Positions 13,101-21,309 of a DNA stretch of 45,890 bases are shown here, one piece after another. A model generated the notes under the pieces. That model had not been told where the DNA came from and did not search any database. It saw only the letters and a program-made list of their open reading frames with translations. Source of the stretch: Phoronis australis (Eukaryota > Animalia > Phoronida). Each line of letters opens with the position of its first letter. The stretch's first letter is position 1. The translations under genes were made by a program, and so were the position numbers. Where the stretch lies: the NCBI GenBank assembly GCA_002633005.1, contig NMRA01000456.1, positions 267,410-313,299 of the forward strand, read 5' to 3'.

Positions 13101-16100
13101 GCTCACTTGTAAAACAATTTTGATGTTGAAAACATAACTGACAAACTAACCGAAAACAAGAGGCAACTCACCCACAAGAGGCAACTCACCCACAACAAGA
13201 GCCAACTCACCCACAACAAGAGATAACGTGATGCCATATAGATCCACATTCAGCCACGGTAACAAGATGTCAACAAGACCTTCTCTGTTGAATACCGTAA
13301 CAGCAGTTTCGCAATTTTCACTGAAAATAAACAGTCTATTGAGTGCCACTCTGTAGATACTTTTCCAACCACTGACTACGGAGCTTTCCATTTCAAGAAA
13401 TTTGATTAAGCACACAAATCTTAATGATCAAAATGGAACATTCTAATAACTGTCAAGAACAGTACAGTAAAACATGAATTATGTTTTCCGTGAATTTCAT
13501 GTTTTGAAATAGATATTATGTGCCTGCCAGACGATTTAAGTTTTCAGGCAACAGACAAAATGCTTATTCAGCACAACAATACACAAATCCTTGGTTAACG
13601 CAAATTTGCTGTTGTTCTTTGTACTTCACACGTTCATTAACTACTCCAATTACTAAGAGCCCATCCTCGCACGGGTCCTGTTTAATATCACAATAACACT
13701 TGACCAAAGCTCACGACACCATCAATACAACAATGGCTGGTAAGCCATGAGCAACTAAGGCAAAATTTGTTAAAGAAAATAGGCATTAACCAAATAAAGA
13801 TTAGAAATCAGAAAATTTCCATTCAGAGAAAATTGGAGGATTAATGAATGGTGGTATAATCATATATAATGACTTTTTGACACTATTCACAGTGCTGGCT
13901 ACAGCAGATCCCCAAAACATATAGAACATCATAAACTCTGCTAACGAATTCACGACAGCTGTGCCAAGTCGGTTTTCCGATTTCGAAGAAAAGTATTAAG
14001 ATATTAGTGGATATCAAAACGATATTTGGCAAAACAATCGTAGTAAATAAAGAGTTTTGAAAACAGTGTTGTTCACATGATAAATGATGATGAAAATCAT
14101 GACGGCTGGATCACAGTTTATTTTAATGTTGCTGGCAGCCATCATTGCCAGGTAGATATTTTGTACACTTGTCAATGGACAATTTTATGTGCAGCATGAC
14201 CAATTTTCAAATCTACCATTATACAAAACTAAGCATAGTTTTCAGCATTTACGTCTAACAAGTTAAACAGAATGGACGTCCAATTGATAATATTCTCGTT
14301 TTCAGCAATCTAAAGTTCGCATTTGGCAAACTGTCAAGCCTTGGTAATATTTTTATAGCACAGGCAAAACCTAATTCTAACTTCAAGAAGTCTATCACAT
14401 TCAACAATAATGCCCATTTTCCAGTGGTAAAAACAATAAGGCCCGACTTTAACAGGAGACAAGTGAAAGAAGTAACTCACCACAAATTCCACAATAGGTG
14501 AACTGCCTGCACCATAGCGTCAGTTCGGACATCTTTTTCTTTAGCACAAATTTCAGCTGAGATATCTCCAAAACCCTGAAACAACGTACTTGTAAATACC
14601 GCGGTAAAGTTAGTGGATTTTGCTATATAAGAAGTTTCCACTCGTAGTCTTACTTTTTGCACTTGTTCACAAATTTTCAGAATGTTTAGAAAAACATAAC
14701 AACTAGAAATGGAAATAGCAAATCAACATGACCATACGTACTTCAGAAATAAAGTAAAAATAAGTGCAAAGCTAGAGTGTGCTCCATAGCAGAAAGAGAA
14801 GCCTAGGCCTGAAACTTTAACAAGTAATCAGCTTTAAGTGATAAAAACTTCATTAGCCAACTTAAAAAAGTGGCAACTCTACAACAACAAAGAGCCAGAC
14901 AGGTGAAAGTGAACAACACCACTGCGTGGAGCAGATCAGGTCCACTTACAAGGTGTGGTGACAACTGTATGACTATGCCTCTTCCTGCTACGATCCTCCA
15001 ATGCCCAGTTCAGGGCTCGACATAACGAGCTGCAGGTCGCATTTGCGACCTGAAATTTGGAAATGCGAGCTGAGATTTTTGTCAGCTCGTATCAAGTCGC
15101 AAAATGCGACCTGGAATTTCCAATGAATGCGAGCTGAGTTTTTTCACTTCTCAACAGATACCTGGCAAATACAAAGCAGCTCTTGTTAATCCGACCGTTA
15201 TTTGGTTGTTGCCAAATCCAAGTTCAAAAGAACACTAACCGAGAACAGCCCTCCCCATGACTTGTAAACAAGTCGCATGAACATGGGATATGCAGAATCG
15301 ATCTTTGACGCGTTTCATTGGCTAACACTTTCGGCCACTTTTGTAAATTCCCAGATTCGCCGAAGAAAGTTTCGGGCCAATGCTTAACACGTGATAAAAC
15401 TTCACAAAACAACGGTGTTTCTACTAATTATTATGCGATCAACTTACCAAAGTTTGTGGTGGACAAAAACGTTTATTTTTCACATAAGATGCCCTTATTA
15501 CATGTACCAAATATCCACGACAATATCCCTGATATCGCATTGCAGGGCGTTAGCGCGCAAGTGGTCCCGGCAGACAATCGTGACTTAGACCGAGATGTGC
15601 TTCTCCTTTTTATCGTATTAAGACATCCAAAGTGAAAATGACAACCTTATTAATCGCCAAACGACGGTCACGTCTTTACTTTTAGTTGCCAAGAAATTCT
15701 CAAACCCTTTACTTGTTTCTGGGGCTACGTGCGCAAAATATGATTTGTCTTTAACACGTTGTTGCCAACGTAAAGTGTAGGCCTACTCCAGCGATTCAAG
15801 TGCGTGAACTCACGCGTGAGCACCACTTCAAAGAACAGCGACAGTTCTAAATAAAAGAGTATACCGGCTTGGCTCTGGTTTATTTGAAAATGAACCCAGA
15901 TTCCCAGCTGTTATAAAAGACCCGATGTCCCGGGACCGATATAACCCAGAACAGACGTTTNCACACTGGGACATCACTAATAATTCCCGTGAGCAGTTTA
16001 CTAACAATTCCAGCAAAAATATTTTCTAATGAAAATGGAAACTATTAGATGAAAATGGCTAAAGGAAAATTAAGTATACTAATTATAAAAAGTGTTAGTC

Positions 16101-19100
16101 AAATACATTAGGAGGAACTGCCTCATGACTATGTGTACAGTTAAATCAGTAAAGACCAGTTGCTCACTTGTAAAACAATTTTGATGTTGAAAACATAACA
16201 GACAAACTAACCCAAAACAAGAGCCAACTCACCCACAACCAGAGATAATGTGATGCCATATAGATCCACATTCAGCCACGGTAACAAGATGTCAACAAGA
16301 CCTTCTCTGTTGAATACTGTAACAGCAGTCTCGCAATTTTCACTGAAAATAAACAGTGCCACTCTGTAGAGTTTCTCCAGCCACTGACTACGGAGCTTTC
16401 CGTTTCAAGAAACTTGATTAAACACACAAATTTTAATGATCAAAATGCAACATTCTAATAACTGTCAAGAACAGTACAGTAAAACATACATTATATGTTT
16501 TCCGCGGATTTCATGTTTTGAAATATATATTATCTGCCTGCCAGACAATTTAAGTGTTCAGGCAACAGACAAAATGCTTATTCAGCACAAAAAATACACA
16601 AATCCTTGGTCAATGCAAATTTGCTGTTGTTCTTTGTACTTCACACGTTCATTAACTACTCCAATTACTAAGAGCCCGTCCTCGCACGGGTCCTGTTTAA
16701 CATCACAATGACACTTGACCAAAGCTCACGACACCATCAATACAACAATGGCTGGTAACCATGAGCAACTAAGGCAAAATTTGTTAAAGAAAACAGGCAT
16801 TAACCAAATAAAGATTACGAATCAGAAAATTTCCATTCAGAGAAAATTGGAGGATTAATGAATGGTGGTATAATCACATACAATGACTTTTTGACACTAT
16901 TCACAGTGCTGGCTACAGCAGATCCCCAAAACATATCGAACATCATAAACTCTGCTAACGAACTCACGACAGCTGTGCCACGTTGGTTTTCCGATTTCGA
17001 AGAAAAGTATTGAGATATTAGTGGATATCAAAACGATATTTGGCAAAACAATCGTAGTAAACAAAGAGTTTCAAAAACGGTGTTGTTCACATGATAAATG
17101 ATGAAGAAAATCATGACGGCTGGATCACAGTTTATTTTAATGTTGCTGGCAGCCATCTTTGCCAGGTAGACATTTTGTACACTTGTCAATGGACAATTTT
17201 ATGTGCAGCATGACCAATTGTCAAATCCACACATACAAAACTGAGCATAGTTTTCAGCATTTACATCTCAAAAGTTAAACAGAATGGACGTCCAATTGAT
17301 AATATTCTCGTTTCATCAATCTAAGTTCGCATTTGGCAAACTGTCAAGCCTTGGTAATACATTCACAAAAACGTAATGGATTTTATTTTTATAGCACAGG
17401 CCAAACCTAATTCTAACTTCAAGAAGTCTATCACATTCAACAATAATGCCCATTTTCAGTGGTAAAAACAATAAGGCCCGACTTTAACAGGAGACAACTG
17501 AAAGAAGTAACTCACCACAAATTCCACAACAGGTGAACTGCCTGCACCATAGCGTCAGTTCGTACATCTTTTTCTTTAGCACAAATTTCAGCTGAGATAT
17601 CTCCAAAACCCTGAAACAACGTGTTTGTAAATACCGCGGTAAAGTTAGTGGATTTTGCTATATAAGTAGTCTCACCTTTTGCACTTGTTCACAAATTTTC
17701 AGAATGTTTAGAAAAACATAACAACTAAAAATGGAAATAGCAAATCAACATGACCATATGTACTTCAGAAATAAAGTAAAAATAAGTGCAAAGCTAGAGT
17801 GTGCTCCGTAGGAGAAATAGAAGCCTAGGACTTTAACAAGTAATCAGCTTTAAGTGATAAAAACTTCATTAGCCAACTTAAAAAAGTGGTCAGTCCACAA
17901 CAACAAAGAGCCACACAGGTGAAGGTGAACAACGCCACTGCGTGGAGCAGATCAGGTCCACTTACAAGGTGTGGTGACAACTGTATGACCATGCCTCTTC
18001 CTGCTACGATCCCCCAATGCCCAGTCCCGACCACCCATACTTCATTACCATGCCCTTGTGTAAAGTCTAGAGATGCCGAGTCTGGGGATTTCAGTACTAC
18101 AGGTTTGATGTTGTCTGGTCCAGAACTTTTGAGTTAAAAGGACTGTATCTCAAACTTGGAGGCACTGACAGTGATATAGAGAGCCAGCGTTTTTTATTGC
18201 CTATGAAACAATACCAAAATGCGTCATTTAACTCTTGTGGCCATACACCCAACCTTCCACATGTGTCAGTCCAAATCAAATTAACCTCTTCTCTTGCAAT
18301 CACATACCCCTAGCTGGACTATCGCAAAGTTGTCAAGAAAAACAGATTACAAGAGCGTATTCATTGAATACATGATACAACCTCATGGGGTTATGAAGGA
18401 ATGTCCATTACAACCCACACCACTTTTTGAACTCCCCAAATAACAAGATCATGGAACTAATTGGCCAATACGCGAACCATTTTTCTCCATGATCTGTTTT
18501 ACCAGGTCGTCACGACCTGATTGATTTTGCCTCTGACCTGTTTAAATAGCACGCGACGCAACTGATTCTTACATTTCGAATAAAAAGGTATCATTTCTGT
18601 GCGTTCGCTATGATATGCACGTGCTGCACACTGTGGTTGCTAACGCGAACTGGTTGAATTTTTGAGTGTGGAGAACATTGGCATACGTATATGGCATAAC
18701 ACCTCAGTCTGATGAGACTTTAACAACGGCTCCAAAAATGAACAAAAGCATTACACGTTCGGAATGCAACATCCGATATGCCCATGAAATGCTCTTGGAA
18801 GGTTTTGGCTAGCACTTTGTTTTTGCTCATCAACTAAAAAAACTTTCATGAACTCAAATGTACAGTCCATTATTGGGTCTCTGCTGGAGCCCCTCCTCTG
18901 CTAGTGTCCAGGGGCATATGTCCCCCTGGCCCCTCCCTGCGCCACTGAGCATGGCCAGGGAATTGTTGTCACCTGCTCCAACAGCACTGTTCACCTCAAC
19001 CAAACTAGACAGAGACGGTGAGCATATCAAACAACAGAGGGCACTTACTGTCTTAAAAAGCATGACAAGAGGGGTGAGGACATCATCCTTGACCATTACC

Positions 19101-20815
19101 CCACACACCTGAGCACCGCCATCCACACTCAGATTTCTAAAATAGCAATACTTGTGAAGTTAATGTTTGTGTTAAAAGCTCAACATCTANNNNNNNNNNN
19201 NNNNNNNNNNNNNNNNNNNNNNNNNNNNNNNNNNNNNNNNNNNNNNNNNNNNNNNNNNNNNNNNNNNNNNNNNNNNNNNNNNNNNNNNNNNNNNNNNNNN
19301 NNNNNNNNNNNNNNNNNNNNNNNNNNNNNNNNNNNNNNNNNNNNNNNNNNNNNNNNNNNNNNNNNNNNNNNNNNNNNNNNNNNNNNNNNNNNNNNNNNNN
19401 NNNNNNNNNNNNNNNNNNNNNNNNNNNNNNNNNNNNNNNNNNNNNNNNNNNNNNNNNNNNNNNNNNNNNNNNNNNNNNNNNNNNNNNNNNNNNNNNNNNN
19501 NNNNNNNNNNNNNNNNNNNNNNNNNNNNNNNNNNNNNNNNNNNNNNNNNNNNNNNNNNNNNNNNNNNNNNNNNNNNNNNNNNNNNNNNNNNNNNNNNNNN
19601 NNNNNNNNNNNNNNNNNNNNNNNNNNNNNNNNNNNNNNNNNNNNNNNNNNNNNNNNNNNNNNNNNNNNNNNNNNNNNNNNNNNNNNNNNNNNNNNNNNNN
19701 NNNNNNNNNNNNNNNNNNNNNNNNNNNNNNNNNNNNNNNNNNNNNNNNNNNNNNNNNNNNNNNNNNNNNNNNNNNNNNNNNNNNNNNNNNNNNNNNNNNN
19801 NNNNNNNNNNNNNNNNNNNNNNNNNNNNNNNNNNNNNNNNNNNNNNNNNNNNNNNNNNNNNNNNNNNNNNNNNNNNNNNNNNNNNNNNNNNNNNNNNNNN
19901 NNNNNNNNNNNNNNNNNNNNNNNNNNNNNNNNNNNNNNNNNNNNNNNNNNNNNNNNNNNNNNNNNNNNNNNNNNNNNNNNNNNNNNNNNNNNNNNNNNNN
20001 NNNNNNNNNNNNNNNNNNNNNNNNNNNNNNNNNNNNNNNNNNNNNNNNNNNNNNNNNNNNNNNNNNNNNNNNNNNNNNNNNNNNNNNNNNNNNNNNNNNN
20101 NNNNNNNNNNNNNNNNNNNNNNNNNNNNNNNNNNNNNNNNNNNNNNNNNNNNNNNNNNNNNNNGGGGGGCTGGGGGGGGGCTGGGGAGGGGGGCTGGGGG
20201 GGGCTTTAGACCCCACTTTTTTCAGTCCTGCGCCGCCCACGGAAAAGGAATACATTTTTCATTAACAATGTAATAAATGTCGACGTCATTCTCGGCTGTG
20301 GCGTCTCTATGTTGTGATGTCCTTTTCTTGATGTAACGTTCGCCTTGGCCTGGTGCAACCCTTAACACCAGGAGAGCCCAGCAGAGCCCACAATATGACA
20401 TCATGTAACCGGTCACATGTGAAGACCACGTGACAAGATCATCTGGGCCTTCTGGAGTTCACCGCCGTTGTGTACGGACGTGATGAGTCGTTATTTTTAT
20501 GTGAATACGACTCTGGAATAACTAACAGTAATACTTGGTCGAACCTGTTTCACCACGACAACAACAACAATTACAAGAAGTCAGCACGGTGCCATCGGCC
20601 TCCTTCTGTCTCCATATTAAGTTAAACGCCAGATAATTATTCCGCCAGTATTTTACCACTTAACTAACCTGTTCCACAAGCGAAGCCATTGACGAAAAGA
20701 TCACCGACTCGCTGGAAGCCAACTCTCGGTCCTCCGCTGCCACATCTTGTACACTTGGTAGTCCGGTCGGATTCTCGAGTTTAGGTTTGTGTTTCTTATT
20801 CTTGCTCTTCCCCAT
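1056..20815 (-). CDS. HEATR3: HEAT repeat-containing protein 3 (Syo1-like nuclear import/5S RNP chaperone), multi-exon gene; one exon missing in the N-gap
   Basis: Manually spliced exons give [18 protein letters not shown]..., [84 protein letters not shown] and [10 protein letters not shown], matching recalled HEATR3 motifs. All visible introns are GT-AG with compatible phases apart from the gap. Confidence 0.92.
2626..2799 (-). CDS. HEATR3: HEATR3 exon 14 ([33 protein letters not shown]...LKSK)
   Basis: Conserved LDAxFDVFA motif; TTTCAG acceptor, AAG|GTAACT donor, 174 nt. Confidence 0.92.
2921..3076 (-). CDS. HEATR3: HEATR3 exon 13 ([16 protein letters not shown]...VRANAV...VELLK)
   Basis: TTTCAG acceptor, AAG|GTGAGC donor, 156 nt. 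Confidence 0.87.
3261..3343 (-). CDS. HEATR3: HEATR3 exon 12 ([27 protein letters not shown])
   Basis: LEAxxSALRA motif; TACAG acceptor, AAG|GTGAGT donor, 83 nt. Confidence 0.88.
3473..5132 (-). mobile_element. Decayed Tc1/mariner DNA transposon (Tc1 DD34E-type relic)
   Basis: TIR pair TACTAGGCAACAGAAAATAAGTATACTGG (~3477) and CCAGTATGCTTATTGTTTGTTGCCTAGTA (~5101); minus-strand remnants NVLFTDE*RF (~4270), GSVMV (~4150), FMDCNASP (~4020) and [19 protein letters not shown] (~3920). Confidence 0.85.
4777..4937. mobile_element. Short G/C-tract MITE (CAG(T/G)GGCGGAT-type termini) nested in the Tc1 relic
   Basis: Ends CAAGGGTGGATCC...TAAATCCGCCACTG; similar ends at 24012-24162 and 1-21. Confidence 0.55.
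5451..5792. mobile_element. Putative hAT-like MITE
   Basis: Short TIR CAGGACCCTC / GAGGGCCCTG with repeated TTCCCC subterminal motifs. Confidence 0.45.
5824..5960 (-). CDS. HEATR3: HEATR3 exon 11 ([26 protein letters not shown]...ATTER)
   Basis: QCRxLxC motif; CCAG acceptor, G|GTGGGT donor, 137 nt. Confidence 0.87.
6306..6397. repeat. Inverted repeat / hairpin (about 33-bp arms)
   Basis: CGCCGGGTCAGCTGGCTAAGACATCTGATTGGT ... ACCAATCAGATGTTTTAGCTGGTTGACCCGGCG. Confidence 0.75.
6964..7109 (-). CDS. HEATR3: HEATR3 exon 10 ([26 protein letters not shown]...KLMK)
   Basis: TTTCAG acceptor, AG|GTAAAC donor, 146 nt. Confidence 0.85.
7150..7405. repeat. Degenerate minisatellite (about 40-bp period, core ATTCCAGTAAAC)
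   Basis: Core recurs at about 7168, 7248, 7288, 7329, 7362 and 7393. Confidence 0.7.
7791..7891 (-). CDS. HEATR3: HEATR3 exon 9 ([34 protein letters not shown])
   Basis: Acidic DxWED motif; TTTCAG acceptor, ATG|GTAATT donor, 101 nt. Confidence 0.85.
8173..8482 (-). CDS. HEATR3: HEATR3 exon 8 with internal 13-aa tandem repeat
   Basis: TTGCAG|AAATGT acceptor; ends [17 protein letters not shown]|GTGTGT; 310 nt. Confidence 0.87.
8898..9043 (-). CDS. HEATR3: HEATR3 exon 7, copy A (probable allelic duplicate)
   Basis: Same 146-nt exon, open, mostly synonymous differences plus F/L and A/V. Confidence 0.75.
9167..9533. mobile_element. Fold-back MITE with CATACGAAC-like subrepeats (second copy about 10578-10932)
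   Basis: TIR CAGAGGTATCATAGAATCATAC / GTATGATTCTATGGTACCTCTG. Confidence 0.7.
9538..9929. mobile_element. MITE with TIR GGGAGACCAGGGCTA / TAGCCCTGGTCTTCCC (second copy about 10937-11329)
   Basis: Terminal inverted repeats visible, AT-rich interior. Confidence 0.65.
10309..10454 (-). CDS. HEATR3: HEATR3 exon 7, copy B ([48 protein letters not shown])
   Basis: TTGCAG acceptor, GAG|GTTAGT donor, 146 nt, phases fit the neighbouring exons. Confidence 0.8.
11532..11667. mobile_element. Near-perfect palindromic MITE flanked by TA (Tc1/mariner-type)
   Basis: TATATA|CAGGAGTCC...GGAGTTCACCAAAACCC-loop-GGGTTTTGGTGAACTCC...GGACTCATG|TATATA. Confidence 0.75.
11913..12056 (-). CDS. HEATR3: HEATR3 exon 6 ([18 protein letters not shown]...LLFRSVAIG)
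   Basis: TACAG acceptor, G|GTAGTT donor, 144 nt; CLxTVTEDN motif. Confidence 0.9.
12135..12457. mobile_element. hAT-like MITE
   Basis: Perfect 13-bp TIR CAGGGCTTGGAAT / ATTCCAAGCCCTG; repeated CGCGGAAA subterminal motifs. Confidence 0.75.
13211..13320 (-). CDS. HEATR3: HEATR3 exon 5, copy A (probable allelic duplicate; donor triplicated)
   Basis: Same 110-nt exon as 16233-16342 with synonymous differences; three GTGG|GTGAGT donors in tandem. Confidence 0.75.
14481..14575 (-). CDS. HEATR3: HEATR3 exon 4, copy A (probable allelic duplicate)
   Basis: Same 95-nt exon as 17516-17610, with only synonymous differences seen. Confidence 0.75.
15011..15960. mobile_element. Left part of a hAT-like DNA element present only in one duplicate copy
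   Basis: Starts CAGGGCTCGAC exactly where homology to copy 2 breaks; GCGACC/GCGAGC subterminal motifs; truncated at the N. Confidence 0.6.
16233..16342 (-). CDS. HEATR3: HEATR3 exon 5, copy B ([36 protein letters not shown])
   Basis: TTTCAG acceptor, G|GTGAGT donor, 110 nt. Confidence 0.85.
17516..17610 (-). CDS. HEATR3: HEATR3 exon 4, copy B ([31 protein letters not shown])
   Basis: TTTCAG acceptor, TG|GTGAGT donor, 95 nt. Confidence 0.85.
19049..19136 (-). CDS. HEATR3: HEATR3 exon 3 ([29 protein letters not shown])
   Basis: TTAG acceptor, ACA|GTAAGT donor, 88 nt. Confidence 0.88.
19190..20163. other. Assembly gap (974 N), expected to contain HEATR3 exon 2
   Basis: Exon 1 ends in phase 0 but the next visible exon needs a preceding phase-2 end; the first HEAT/ARM segment is missing. 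Confidence 0.9.
20669..20815 (-). CDS. HEATR3: HEATR3 exon 1 ([49 protein letters not shown])
   Basis: ATG at 20815-20813, basic MGKS N-terminus, donor CAG|GTTAGT; 147 nt, phase 0. Confidence 0.88.
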
Positions 20816-21132
20816 TATATTCTGTAGTTAAGACCCAAAATAAAGAAGCACTGGTGACGGTCTGCAAGTCAATCTTCACAAGTCTTCATTCTTCACACAT
20901 GTGTGAAAATACCGGAAATACTATCCGTGTTCGCAGCGTCACCTCTGGAGGTGTCGGTGTACTACCCCTCGTTGCACTGCAGGAGTACACCGCCAAGTCA
21001 AACATAGGCCTAGCCTATAATAGACCAAGTAGCCCGGTGCCGTTCAGTGTTGTTGAGTTGCTGCCCGCATTTTATTCTCCTGATGTACTTGAATCCTGGT
21101 GCCTATGTTCATTGAGCTATTATTCTCAAATC
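20816..21132. promoter_or_regulatory. Putative bidirectional promoter shared by HEATR3 and OPLAH
   Basis: 317 bp between divergent ATGs; locally CpG-richer; ETS-like ACCGGAAAT (20911-20919) and 16-bp palindrome TTCACACATGTGTGAA (20892-20907). Confidence 0.7.
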
Positions 21133-21309
21133 ATGGCAACTCGTGCAGCGCCCGGCAAGTTTCAGTTCGCAATAGATAGAGGGGGAACCTTTACTGACGT
21201 CTGGGCCAGATGTCCCGACGGAAGTGTTCTGGTGAACAAACTGTTGTCTGAAGATCCTGCCAACTACCAAGATGCACCACGAGAGGGCATTCGCAGGATA
21301 TTGGAGCAG
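21133..21309 (+). CDS. OPLAH: OPLAH exon 1
   Basis: [23 protein letters not shown]...GIRRILEQ|GTGAGT. Confidence 0.95.

Larger units (their letters stand above)
12900..18025. repeat. Apparent ~2.1-kb direct duplication (about 12900-15009 vs 15962-18025) split by a single N at 15961
   Basis: Colinear near-identical sequence including HEATR3 exons 4-5; copy 2 starts right after the N. Confidence 0.9.

Noticed and set aside
19137-20255. Long 351-aa and 372-aa ORFs
   Set aside because: They consist almost entirely of translated Ns from the assembly gap.
20854-21132. N-terminal extension of OPLAH from an upstream GTG
   Set aside because: Non-ATG start, no similarity to oxoprolinases, and it overlaps the promoter region; ATG 21133 has a good Kozak context (ATCATGG).
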